Positions 10,702 to 20,521 of a stretch of DNA of 64,000 nt are shown piece by piece. Positions within the stretch are counted from its first letter, which is position 1, and every line of letters starts with the position of its first letter. The position numbers and the translations under genes are program-made. The stretch lies in the NCBI GenBank assembly GCA_963841435.1, contig CAWJCS010000006.1:736001-800000 (forward strand). The letters run 5' to 3'. This DNA comes from an uncultured delta proteobacterium (GTDB lineage: Bacteria; Myxococcota_A; Polyangia; Polyangiales; Polyangiaceae). The notes below the pieces were generated by a model, which saw nothing but the letters and a program-made list of their open reading frames with translations, ran no database searches and was not told where the DNA came from.

Positions 10702-12591
10702 CTAGCCAGCGGGCGTCAAGACCAGCATCACGACGCTCTTCGAGGGGAGCGTGACCTCTACGGTCTTTCCAGAGACCGAGCAGCTTGCCGCGTCGAGCGC
10801 TTGGACACTCACCGCTTCGGCCTGGCCGTAGTCGTTGTAGCTGTCCTTCGCCGGACCGGTGATGACCTCTGCGGTCGACACGACGTACGAGGTCTTGCTG
10901 CTGTTGACGGTGATCTGGATCGTTCGCGAGCCCGTCAGGTCGACGTTGGCCAGGCTGATGTTGATGCGCCCCTGGTCGTCGGCGGTCGAGCCCGCGGACA
11001 GCACCGGGAACGTCTGCCCGTTGCCGGTGATGTTCTCGCTCTTGAGCGTGCTCGGTGCCCACTTTGCGTTCGAGCGGTGGTGCGGAAGGAACATCCGGAA
11101 CACGTGCCAGGTCGGAGTCTTGACGAGTGCCGCGTCACTGCTCCTCGTCAGAAGGAGCGCGTGAATCACGTTGATGCCCTGGGCGAGCCCCGCCATCTCG
11201 TAACGATCGGCGTGCTGCATGAACAGGTGCAGGGTCTCCGCCGCGGAGATCGCGTCCATGAGCGTGCCTTGTTGCAGCCAATCGTCACTCGCGGTGAAGT
11301 TCTGCAGCCAGTCACCCCACTCGTCTTCGTAGATCTTGATGCGCTTGCTTGGATCGTACTTGTCGAGATACGTGACAATCTGGTCGATCCGCGGACCAAT
11401 CTGACCCTTGTTGGCGGCGTTGACGACGTTGTAATACTGCGCGTCGCTGAAGCCGACGTTGGGGATGTCGTCCGGGTGATAGATGTAGTCGTGGATCTCG
11501 ATCCCATCGATCTTGTCCGCGATGTTGTTCAACATCGTGTCGAGCCACGGCCACCTTCCGATCAGGTCGGTGCCGGCGACGATCTTGAGCTTCTTCCCGT
11601 TGACCGCGGTCGAAAGCTGGTCGTAGTTCGCGAGGTAGTTCGCCTCGTAGGTGGCTTCGTCTTGGTTGCCGCCGCACCCCCAGACCTCGTTCCCGATCTT
11701 GAAGTGGGTGATCGTCCACTCTGGGTGAGCCGTGTTGTCGTTGATGTAGGTGACCCAGGCCAGATTGTTGGCCGCCGCCGAGGACGTTCCCGGACCCGCG
11801 ATGATCGGCTCGATGCCGAGGAGCGAGCAGAGCTCCATGTAGCGATCCGTGCCCACGTCGTTGCTCGGATTCTTGTTGGCGCTCCAGTTGTAGCTGCCCG
11901 CCGCGCATCCACCGGGCCATTCGATCATGCCGACGCCCGCATCTTTGAACGCCTGGATGACGTCGTTGCGCATCCCGTTCGTATTGGGAATCGAGGAATT
12001 CGTGCCGACGAAGATGCCGCCAGACCAGTTCTTGCCGAGCCTCTCCATCAAGAGGCCGAAGATGCCGTCCTTCACGACGTCTTCTGCCGAGTCGGCGTTG
12101 ACCGTCAGCGTGTTCGCGGGAGTGCCGCTCGCCGTGCCGGTGCATTGATTCGTGACGGGTCCCGAGCCGGCGTCGCCGCCCGAGCCAGCGCCGCTCGCGC
12201 CGCCCGCGCCGCCCGAGCCCCCGTTTCCAGCTGCGCCGCCGGTCACTGCACCTGCGCTACCGGCCGTCGCGCCGCCGGCGGCGTTGCCGCCCGCACCCGT
12301 GTCTCCGCTGCTGGCGGCTGCGCCCCCCGAGCTCGTGTCGCCCGCCGACCCGCCGCCCGAGCCGCCGCTCCCCGCCGCGCCGGCTCCCGAGCTGCCCCCC
12401 GTCGTGCTCGTGCCGCCCATGGGGCTCGTGCCGCCTGTTGGGTTCGTGCCGCCCGTGGCGCTGGCGCCGCCCGTGGCGCTCGCGCCGCCGCCCGTCCCGC
12501 CCGAGCCCGGGCCGTTGCCGGAGGTCGAACACGCCGAGCCGAGCATCCAGAGCGCGGTGGCCATCGTGGCTAAGGAAGTAGGGTGCCTCAT
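10702..12591 (-). CDS. GH51 alpha-L-arabinofuranosidase, lipoprotein-anchored
   Basis: GMRNDVIQA, WPGGCAA, KIGNEVWGCGG, EDEWGDW, MAGLAQ, LPSKSVV; lipobox GSAC plus Gly linker. Confidence 0.92.
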   Translation of the reverse strand: MRHPTSLATMATALWMLGSACSTSGNGPGSGGTGGGASATGGASATGGTNPTGGTSPMGGTSTTGGSSGAGAAGSGGSGGGSAGDTSSGGAAASSGDTGAGGNAAGGATAGSAGAVTGGAAGNGGSGGAGGASGAGSGGDAGSGPVTNQCTGTASGTPANTLTVNADSAEDVVKDGIFGLLMERLGKNWSGGIFVGTNSSIPNTNGMRNDVIQAFKDAGVGMIEWPGGCAAGSYNWSANKNPSNDVGTDRYMELCSLLGIEPIIAGPGTSSAAANNLAWVTYINDNTAHPEWTITHFKIGNEVWGCGGNQDEATYEANYLANYDQLSTAVNGKKLKIVAGTDLIGRWPWLDTMLNNIADKIDGIEIHDYIYHPDDIPNVGFSDAQYYNVVNAANKGQIGPRIDQIVTYLDKYDPSKRIKIYEDEWGDWLQNFTASDDWLQQGTLMDAISAAETLHLFMQHADRYEMAGLAQGINVIHALLLTRSSDAALVKTPTWHVFRMFLPHHRSNAKWAPSTLKSENITGNGQTFPVLSAGSTADDQGRINISLANVDLTGSRTIQITVNSSKTSYVVSTAEVITGPAKDSYNDYGQAEAVSVQALDAASCSVSGKTVEVTLPSKSVVMLVLTPAG

Positions 12592-13058
12592 CAATTCTCC
12601 TGGGCTCCGACGCGAGGGCGCGCGGGGAACGACGGAACTAAGAACGTCCGAGTCACGGAGAAGTGATCATCGGTTCCACGAGCGAACCGAGCCCGACCTA
12701 CCCGAGCTCGGACGGGCCAGTCACTCCGAGCACCGCGCCTTTGCGCCTTCGCCCATCGGTTGATCGGCTCACGGCGTGTCCGGTGTGCCCGTGACCGAGC
12801 TCGAGCGCCTGGTGGCTTTCCTGAGTCGATCGCGGCGACGCAAATCCGAAGTTTCCGAAAGCTGAATCAGAAGGCCAAAACGTATTTGCCGGCCCAGCGT
12901 CGATCACACCGAGCAGCGCCCCCTCCGACATCGCCCGACATCGCCCCACGGGGCCGCCGAAGGGTGATCAAGTTATGCGGTATGGGGCATCCTTGAGTAT
13001 TCGACCAGCGTGATCCCAGCTGTTCGATTTACGTCGTTTCCTCGAAGGAGCCCGCTCG

Positions 13059-15026
13059 ATGAAGGTCCGTTCTGCCGCTCTCTCTATCGCCGTCACATTC
13101 GGAATGATTTCAGGTGCATGCAGCACCGCTGACCCGGTGAGCCCATCGGCAGGTGGAAGCTCCGGTAGCGGGGTTGGCGGCGCCACCGGCGGAGGCTCGG
13201 GCAGCGGCGTCGGCGGGAGCGTGGGTGGAAGCTCCGGCACCGTTGGGGCAGGAGCCACTGGCGGAGCCTCCGGAGGTACTGGAGGCGCTGGTGGCGGCAG
13301 CGGAGGGGCTTGCACGAACGTGACGGCTTGCGGCGGCGACGTGGTCGGAACGTGGACCGTGTCATCGCCGTGCCTCAAGGTGTCGGGCGATCTGGACGTT
13401 GCCGGGTTCGGGCTCGGTTGCACGACGGTGTCGGTCACCGGATCACTGCAGGTGAGCGGAACGTGGACCGGCAACACGAACGGCACGTACTCGGACAACA
13501 CGGTGACCTCGGGCGACGAGGTCATCACCGTTCCGGCCGGGTGCCTGAACGTGTCCGGGACCACCACCACGTGCGATCGCATCGGAGGCCCCCTCCAGGC
13601 CCTGGGCTACGCGTCGCTCAATTGCGTCTCTGACTCGAGCGGCGGGTGCAGCTGCGCCGCCCACGTACAACAGACCGGTGGGGTTGGGCTGTTGTCTTCC
13701 GACCCGCAGATGATGGGAAACTACCAGGTCTCGGGCAGCCTGCTCACCGCGGACGGCTCCGCCGCGTACTCGTACTGCGTCGCCGGCAACCAGATGACCT
13801 GGACCCCGCAAAGCACGAGCCCCATGACCTCGGGCACGATCGTGTTCTCGAACGGCGAGGGAGGTACTGGCGGTGTGAGCGGTGCCGGAGGCGCCGGTGG
13901 AACGAGCGGTGACGCTGGCGGAGGCGGCGTGGCGCAGGGCGGCGGCGCGGGCGTTGGCGGAGCCAGCGGTGCCGGTGGAGCGAGCGGAGCGAGCGGCGCC
14001 GGCGCAGGTGGCGCGAGCGGCTCCGCGGGAATGGCCGGGTCGGGAGGCTCAGGCGGTGGGACGGGCCCGAGCGAAGGCCCCTGCGACCTCTACGAGGCGG
14101 GCGCCACGCCCTGTATCGCGGCGTACAGCACGACGCGGGTGCTCTCGAGCAAGTACACGGGGCCGATCTACCAGGTCAGGAAGGGCGGCCAGAAGACGGG
14201 TACGGGCGGCACGCTTCAGGACATCGGTGTCGTGGCGGGTACGAGCTTCGCCGACGGGGCCGCGCAAGATGCGTTCTGCGGGACCGACACCTGCACCTTC
14301 TCGATGCTGTACGACCAGTCGGGCAAGGGCAACGATCTCAAGGTCGCGCCCGCCGGCTGCTACGAGGGAACGGCGTCCGAAGCGGACTACGAATCGAACG
14401 CGAAGCAGAAATCGGTGCAGATCAGCGGACACAAGGTCTACGCGCTCTACATGAACGCCCATGAAGGCTATCGAAACAACGCCGGCGCCAGCGTTCCGAA
14501 GGGCAACGCGGCGCAGGGTGTTTACGAGGTGGCCGACGGGACGCACGCCGGCGGCGCGTGCTGCTGGGACTTCGGGAACGCCTCGACGAACAACTGCAAC
14601 CAGGGCACCATGAACGCCCTCTTCTTGGGAACCGGCTATTGGGGTAGGGGCACGGGCAACGGCCCGTGGTTCATGGCCGACCTCGAGGGCGGCGTGTGGG
14701 CCGGCGGCACCGGAGCATCGAATGCGACGAACAACAATTTGCCGTCCTCGAACCTCCCGTTCGCCTTCGGCATTCTCAAGACCAGCTCGTCGAACTACGC
14801 CATCAGGGTGGGTAACGCGCAGTCCGGCAATCTGACGACTGCTTACGACGGTGGGCTACCGAAGTCGCTCAACCACCCGGGCGGCATCATCCTGGGCATC
14901 GGCGGTGACAACAGCAACTCGTCGTTTGGAACCTTCTTCGAAGGCGCCATGACGACAGGCCGGCCGGCGGACACTGTAGACGCGGCCGTCCTGCAGAACG
15001 TCCAGGACGCGGGGTACGGAAAGTAG
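13059..15026 (+). CDS. Lipoprotein with N-terminal Cys-containing domain and GH54 arabinofuranosidase B catalytic domain
   Basis: GPCDLY..CIAAYSTTR, CCWDFGNA, GPWFMADLEGG, IILGIGGDNSN..FFEG. Confidence 0.9.
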   Translation: MKVRSAALSIAVTFGMISGACSTADPVSPSAGGSSGSGVGGATGGGSGSGVGGSVGGSSGTVGAGATGGASGGTGGAGGGSGGACTNVTACGGDVVGTWTVSSPCLKVSGDLDVAGFGLGCTTVSVTGSLQVSGTWTGNTNGTYSDNTVTSGDEVITVPAGCLNVSGTTTTCDRIGGPLQALGYASLNCVSDSSGGCSCAAHVQQTGGVGLLSSDPQMMGNYQVSGSLLTADGSAAYSYCVAGNQMTWTPQSTSPMTSGTIVFSNGEGGTGGVSGAGGAGGTSGDAGGGGVAQGGGAGVGGASGAGGASGASGAGAGGASGSAGMAGSGGSGGGTGPSEGPCDLYEAGATPCIAAYSTTRVLSSKYTGPIYQVRKGGQKTGTGGTLQDIGVVAGTSFADGAAQDAFCGTDTCTFSMLYDQSGKGNDLKVAPAGCYEGTASEADYESNAKQKSVQISGHKVYALYMNAHEGYRNNAGASVPKGNAAQGVYEVADGTHAGGACCWDFGNASTNNCNQGTMNALFLGTGYWGRGTGNGPWFMADLEGGVWAGGTGASNATNNNLPSSNLPFAFGILKTSSSNYAIRVGNAQSGNLTTAYDGGLPKSLNHPGGIILGIGGDNSNSSFGTFFEGAMTTGRPADTVDAAVLQNVQDAGYGK

Positions 15027-15313
15027 GACCGCAGTTGAGCGCTGAGCGCCGGACGGCAGTGACACCACCGGTCATGAAACGCCCATGATCGGTGGCGCTC
15101 GGCGAGTCGTCGCGAACGAGGCCGCCATCGTCCGCCTGCCGCCTTCGGGAACCCATGCTGCGGCGCGTGCTATGCAGGGTCCGAAAGTGGCTCGAACGTG
15201 GACCTTGCGGGCGATGCGGGGCGGGAAGTAGACCGATTCTGCGGTCGAGGCCCCGCCGTGGTAAATTTTTGATTGGTCAGCAAAGTTCGTCTACCGGAGG
15301 CTGGTTTTTCGCG

Positions 15314-16438
15314 ATGAGTACGAAAATTGTTTGGAAACAGATCTCGCTTGTCGCGATCTTCGGCCTTGGCTGCTGGGGCTGCACGATCACGTCGGACCCC
15401 GGGTCGAGCGGAGGCGGCGCCGGCACGGCAGGCACTGCTGGCACGGCCAGCATGTGCTCCGGAGGAGGGCCGGCCGTGCCCACGGGAGCCGCCAAGGGCC
15501 CGTGCGACATCTACGCGGAGGACAGCGGCCCTTGCGTTGCGGCCCACAGCACGGTTCGCGCGCTCTACGCCGAGTACGGCGGCCCCCTCTACCAGCTCAG
15601 GAAGGCGACCGGCGAGACGATGGACATCGCGCCCGTTGCCCCGGGTGGCGTGGCGAATGGTGCCGCACAGGACACGTTCTGCGGCGTCGACGCCTGCACC
15701 ATCTCGGTGATCTACGATCAGTCCGGTAGGGAGAATCACCTCACGAAGGCGCCCCCCGGTGGTGCGAAGCCGACCGAGGGCAACGAGGCCAACGCGAAAT
15801 CTGCCCCGCTCACGATCGCGGGCCAGAAGGTCTACGGCATCCACATCGTGCCCGGCGTCGGCTACCGGGACAACACGCCTTGTGGCACCGCAACTGGCGA
15901 CAACGCCGAGACGGAGTACATGGTCGTCGCCGGCACGTTCTACAACGGCGGTTGCTGCTTCGACTACGGCAACATGGAGACCAACAGCCGAGACAACGGC
16001 GAGGGCACCATGGAGGCCGTCTATTTCGGAACCTGCACCATCTGGGGTAAGGGCGCCGCCGACGGCCCGTGGGTCATGGGAGACCTCGAAAATGGTCTCT
16101 GGGCCGGAAACGTCAGCCCCTACGACGCCAACGTGCCGGTCACCTTCCCCTTCGTCACGGGCATGGTCAAGGGTGACGCGGCCGGCAAGGACCACTGGAC
16201 CATCAAGGTGGGCAACGCGCAATCCGGCGCCCTGACCACGCCCTTCGACGGTCACCGCCCGAGCCTGCGTTACAATCCCATGAGGAAAGAAGGCGCCATC
16301 GGACTTGGCACGGGTGGCGACAACAGCAACGGCGCTCAAGGAAACTTCTACGAAGGCGTCATGACCGCCCACTATTCGACGAACGCCGCCGACGACGCCG
16401 TGCAGGCCAACATCGCGGCTTTCTATGCGCAGCAGTAG
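15314..16438 (+). CDS. GH54 alpha-L-arabinofuranosidase B catalytic-domain lipoprotein
   Basis: GPCDIY..CVAAHSTVR, CCFDYGNME, GTMEAVYFG, DLENGL, GGDNSN..FYEG. Confidence 0.92.
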   Translation: MSTKIVWKQISLVAIFGLGCWGCTITSDPGSSGGGAGTAGTAGTASMCSGGGPAVPTGAAKGPCDIYAEDSGPCVAAHSTVRALYAEYGGPLYQLRKATGETMDIAPVAPGGVANGAAQDTFCGVDACTISVIYDQSGRENHLTKAPPGGAKPTEGNEANAKSAPLTIAGQKVYGIHIVPGVGYRDNTPCGTATGDNAETEYMVVAGTFYNGGCCFDYGNMETNSRDNGEGTMEAVYFGTCTIWGKGAADGPWVMGDLENGLWAGNVSPYDANVPVTFPFVTGMVKGDAAGKDHWTIKVGNAQSGALTTPFDGHRPSLRYNPMRKEGAIGLGTGGDNSNGAQGNFYEGVMTAHYSTNAADDAVQANIAAFYAQQ

Positions 16439-16503
16439 CGCGCTTTAAGCGCTAGGCCACCGGAGCAAACCATGGCGCCTGAAACCCACCAGGAGAAAGC
16501 ATC

Positions 16504-18189
16504 GTGAGTGGGGCCCCCTGCGTCATCGGGATCGATTTCGGTACCGATTCGGTGCGAAGCATCGTCGCCGATGCAGCCACGGGCAGCGTGCTCGGCACGT
16601 CCGTCAAGTATTACCCCCGATGGGCGAAGGGTCTCTACTGCGATCCCATCGAGAACAGGTTCCGGCAACATCCACTCGACTACCTCGAAAGCATGGAAGC
16701 GTCCGTGCTCGAGGCGCTCACGGAGGCCGGCCCCGGGGCTTCAGCCCGCGTGCGCGGGATCGCCGTCGACACGACGGGCTCGACCCCCGTGCTGGCCGAT
16801 CGCTCGGGTCGGCCGCTGGCACTCAGCGCGCCGTTCGCCGAGAACCCGAACGCGATGTTCGTTCTCTGGAAGGATCACACCGCCGTTCCCGAAGCCGAGC
16901 GCCTGAACCAGCTCGCGCGAACCTGGGGCGGCATCGACTACACCAAGTACGTTGGCGGGATCTATTCGTCGGAGTGGTTCTGGGCGAAGGCCATCCACGT
17001 GCTCGAGGCGGACCCGGCCGTGGCGGAGGCCGCCGTCACGATCCTCGAGCATTGCGACTGGATTCCGGCGGCTCTCACGGGAACGGACGATCTCCGGCGG
17101 GTGAAGCGGAGTCGCTGCGCCGCGGGGCACAAGGCGCTCTGGCACCTCGAGTTCGGCGGCTACCCGTCGGACGTCTTTTTGGGGAAGCTGAACCCCAGGC
17201 TCCCGGCGCTGAAGGAGACGTTCGGCACCGAGACGTTCACGTCCGACACGCCGTTCGGCACGCTCTCCGCGGAGTGGGCGAAAAAGCTCGGCCTGCCCCG
17301 CGAGACCGTCGTCGCGGTCGGCGCGTTCGACGCTCACATGGGCGCCGTCGGTGGTGGCATCAGCCAGCACACGCTGCTCAAGGTGATGGGGACGAGCACC
17401 TGCGACATCGTCGTTGCACCGTCCGGCAACGGGCCCGAGAAGCTGGTCTCCGGGATCTGTGGGCAGGTGGATGGCTCGGTGATTCGTGGCATGATCGGCT
17501 ACGAGGCTGGCCAGTCCGCGTTCGGAGACGTCTACGCGTGGTTCAAGTCGCTCCTCTCCTGGCCCCTCGAAACCGTCTTGCCGACGCTTTCGGGGATTTC
17601 TGAGGACGTGAAGCGCGACGTTCTCGAGCGCACGTCCGAGAGGCTCATTCCTGCCCTGGAAGAGGCCGCGAAGGCCCTGAAGATCGAGGAGACGGGGCCT
17701 CTCGCGCTCGATTGGATGAACGGTCGTCGGACTCCGAACGCCAACCAACGCCTGACGGGCGCCATCACCGGCATCGGCCTGGGCACCGACGCTCCGCGCA
17801 TTTTTCGTAGCTTGGTGGAGGCCACGGCCTTCGGGTCCCGCGCCATCGTCGAGTGCTTTCGCGCACAGGGAGTCCGCATCGACGGCGCGATTGCCATCGG
17901 CGGAGTGGCCAAGAAGAGCCGGTTCGTGATGCAAACCATTGCCGACGTCATGAACATGGAGGTGACGGTGGCAGCGGGGGATCAGACCGTCGCGCTGGGC
18001 GCCGCGATGTTCGCCGCGACGGCGGCCGGCCTGTACGGCGAGGTCGGGGAGGCTCAGCGCGCGATGTCTTCCGGCACCGAATCGGTCTACCGGCCCGATC
18101 CGGACCGCGCCAAGCGTTACGACCGACTTTACAAAGACTACTCGGCGCTCGGCTCCTTCGTGGAGAACGAGCTTTCGCGCCACTCATGA
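16504..18189 (+). CDS. araB: L-ribulokinase
   Basis: IGIDFGTDSVR, VDTTGST, LWKDHTA, YSSEWFWAK, RSRCAAGHK, DWMNGRRTP. Confidence 0.96.
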   Translation: MSGAPCVIGIDFGTDSVRSIVADAATGSVLGTSVKYYPRWAKGLYCDPIENRFRQHPLDYLESMEASVLEALTEAGPGASARVRGIAVDTTGSTPVLADRSGRPLALSAPFAENPNAMFVLWKDHTAVPEAERLNQLARTWGGIDYTKYVGGIYSSEWFWAKAIHVLEADPAVAEAAVTILEHCDWIPAALTGTDDLRRVKRSRCAAGHKALWHLEFGGYPSDVFLGKLNPRLPALKETFGTETFTSDTPFGTLSAEWAKKLGLPRETVVAVGAFDAHMGAVGGGISQHTLLKVMGTSTCDIVVAPSGNGPEKLVSGICGQVDGSVIRGMIGYEAGQSAFGDVYAWFKSLLSWPLETVLPTLSGISEDVKRDVLERTSERLIPALEEAAKALKIEETGPLALDWMNGRRTPNANQRLTGAITGIGLGTDAPRIFRSLVEATAFGSRAIVECFRAQGVRIDGAIAIGGVAKKSRFVMQTIADVMNMEVTVAAGDQTVALGAAMFAATAAGLYGEVGEAQRAMSSGTESVYRPDPDRAKRYDRLYKDYSALGSFVENELSRHS

Positions 18190-18240
18190 GCAACGAAGCA
18201 GGCTTCGTGCGTCGGCCGTGCAGACGAGGAAAGTAGAACC

Positions 18241-19728
18241 ATGAGCGCCAAGAGCACCCAAGAGATCTGGTTTCTGACCGGGAGTCAGGAGCTTTACGGT
18301 CAGGAGACGTTGAACGAGGTAGCCGATCACTCCCGCAAGATCGCCGCGCATTTCGAGGCAACGTTGCCGGTTCGAGTCGTCTGCAAGCCGACGCTCGCCG
18401 GGCCGGACGCCATTTACCAGACGTGCTTGGAAGCCAACGCGGCGCCGGAATGTGTCGGCGTCATCACCTGGATGCACACATTTTCGCCCGCGAAGATGTG
18501 GATCCGGGGCCTGACTCATCTCAGGAAGCCGATGGCGCATCTGCACACGCAGTTCAATCGCGAGCTGCCCTGGTCGCAGATCGACATGGACTTCATGAAC
18601 TTGAACCAGTCCGCGCACGGCGACCGCGAGTTCGGTTTCGTCGTCGCGCGCCTCCGGCTCGAGCACAAGATCGTGGTCGGTCATTGGCAGGACAGCGATG
18701 TCGTCGCCGAGCTCGAGGGCTGGTCCCGTGTCGCGTGCGCGGTCGCCGAATCCCGACGGCTGAAGATCGTGCGCTTCGGCGGCATGAACATGCGCGAGGT
18801 TGCCGTGACCGGTGGCGACCGCGTCCAGGCGGAGATCCAGTTCGGCTGGTCGATCAACGGGCATGCCGTCGGCGACCTCGTCGCACGGATTGCCGAGGTC
18901 GGGGACGCGGAGGTCGAACGGCTCGTCGAGGAGTACGAGGCGAAGTACGCCCTCGTCCCGTCGCTACGCCGGGGCGGCGAGCATCGCGAGAACCTGCGCC
19001 ATGCGGCTCGGCAGGAGATCGGTATGCGCGCCTTTTTGACGAGCGGAGGCTACGGCGCCTTCACCACCACCTTCGAGGATCTCTACGGCCTGAACCAGCT
19101 TCCGGGGCTGGCCTGCCAGCGCCTGATGGCCGACGGCTACGGGTTCGGGGCCGAGGGAGATTGGAAGACCTCGGCGCTCGTGCGGCTGATGAAGGTCATG
19201 TCTGCGGGTCGCGAGGGCGGCGTGTCCTTCATGGAGGACTACACGTACCATCTGGTCAAAGGCGAAGAGAAGGTGCTCGGCGCCCATATGCTCGAGGTCT
19301 GCCCCTCGATCGCCGACGGGAAGCCTTCGCTCGAGGTTCATCCGCTCGGGATCGGCGGCAAGGCAGCTCCCTGCCGCCTGGTCTTCAACGCGGCGCCTGG
19401 CCCTTCGGTCGCCGCCACGCTCGTTGACATGGGCGGGCGGATGCGGCTCATCGTCCACGAGGTTGACGCCATCAAGGCCGAGCACGCCATGCCGAAGCTC
19501 CCGGTGGCGCGAGCGCTCTGGGTGCCTCGCCCGGATTTCCGGCGCGGCGCTCAGGCGTGGCTCCTCGCGGGTGGAGCGCATCACACGGCGTTCAGCCAGG
19601 CCGTGACGGCCGAGCAGCTCGAGGACTTCGCTGGGATGCTGGACGTGGAGTGCGTGCGCATCGGACACGGCACGGATCTCGCGCAGCTCAAGAAGGAGCT
19701 CCGCTGGAACGACCAGAGAGCTCGCTAG
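18241..19728 (+). CDS. araA: L-arabinose isomerase
   Basis: WFLTGSQELYG, WMHTFSPAKMW, MNLNQSAHGDREFG, GAEGDWK, FMEDYTY, GAHMLEVCP. Confidence 0.97.
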   Translation: MSAKSTQEIWFLTGSQELYGQETLNEVADHSRKIAAHFEATLPVRVVCKPTLAGPDAIYQTCLEANAAPECVGVITWMHTFSPAKMWIRGLTHLRKPMAHLHTQFNRELPWSQIDMDFMNLNQSAHGDREFGFVVARLRLEHKIVVGHWQDSDVVAELEGWSRVACAVAESRRLKIVRFGGMNMREVAVTGGDRVQAEIQFGWSINGHAVGDLVARIAEVGDAEVERLVEEYEAKYALVPSLRRGGEHRENLRHAARQEIGMRAFLTSGGYGAFTTTFEDLYGLNQLPGLACQRLMADGYGFGAEGDWKTSALVRLMKVMSAGREGGVSFMEDYTYHLVKGEEKVLGAHMLEVCPSIADGKPSLEVHPLGIGGKAAPCRLVFNAAPGPSVAATLVDMGGRMRLIVHEVDAIKAEHAMPKLPVARALWVPRPDFRRGAQAWLLAGGAHHTAFSQAVTAEQLEDFAGMLDVECVRIGHGTDLAQLKKELRWNDQRAR

Positions 19729-19744
19729 CGATCGAGAGTGACCG

Positions 19745-20440
19745 ATGAACTCGAGCTACGGCGAGCTGAAAGAGCAGGCATGGCGTGCGAACATGGAGAT
19801 CCCTCGCCGTGGCCTCGCCATCTACACGTTCGGCAACGTCTCGGCGCTCGACGCGGAGCGAGGCGTCTTCGCCATCAAGCCGAGCGGCGTCGCCTACGAG
19901 AATCTCACGGCTGCCGACCTCGTCGTCGTGGACCTCGAGGCCAAGGTCGTCGAGGGCACGCTACGGCCGTCCTCCGATACGAAGACCCACGCGGCCCTGT
20001 ATCGGTCGTTCCGTGGTATCGGCGGGATCGTCCACACGCACTCGACCTACGCCACCGCCTGGGCTCAGGCGAGGCTGCCCATCCCGCTCTACGGCACGAC
20101 CCATGCGGACTACCTTGCCGAGGACGTTCCCTGCACGGCGATCATGACCGCCGACGCGGTCGCGCGAGACTACGAAGCCGAGACGGGGACGCAAATCATC
20201 GATTGCTTCCGCACGCGTGATCCAGCAAAGACGCCCATGGTGCTCGTAGCAGGGCATGCTCCCTTCACGTGGGGCAAGTCGGCGGCCGAGGCGGTGTACC
20301 ACGCGGTCGTTCTCGAAGAGCTCGCCAAGATGGCCGCCATCACACGGAGCCTCGACCCCGAAGCAGAGCGACTACCAGAGTACCTCGTGCAGAAGCACTT
20401 CGAACGCAAGCATGGGAAACGCGCCTACTACGGGCAATAA
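19745..20440 (+). CDS. araD: L-ribulose-5-phosphate 4-epimerase
   Basis: FGNVS, IKPSGV, PSSDT, HTHS, GTTHAD, RKHG..YYGQ. Confidence 0.96.
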   Translation: MNSSYGELKEQAWRANMEIPRRGLAIYTFGNVSALDAERGVFAIKPSGVAYENLTAADLVVVDLEAKVVEGTLRPSSDTKTHAALYRSFRGIGGIVHTHSTYATAWAQARLPIPLYGTTHADYLAEDVPCTAIMTADAVARDYEAETGTQIIDCFRTRDPAKTPMVLVAGHAPFTWGKSAAEAVYHAVVLEELAKMAAITRSLDPEAERLPEYLVQKHFERKHGKRAYYGQ

Positions 20441-20521
20441 GCACCACGCTTCCCTAGATTCGCAGTGCTAGCCGTCACTCTGGCCTGAGAAGAAAGCATT
20501 ATACGAGAGAACGGGATAACC

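Noticed and set aside
8510-11062. Long antisense and alternative-frame ORFs (this 850-aa example and many others)
   Set aside because: Shadow ORFs expected in high-GC DNA; Arg/Pro-rich, without motifs, and overlapping well-supported genes
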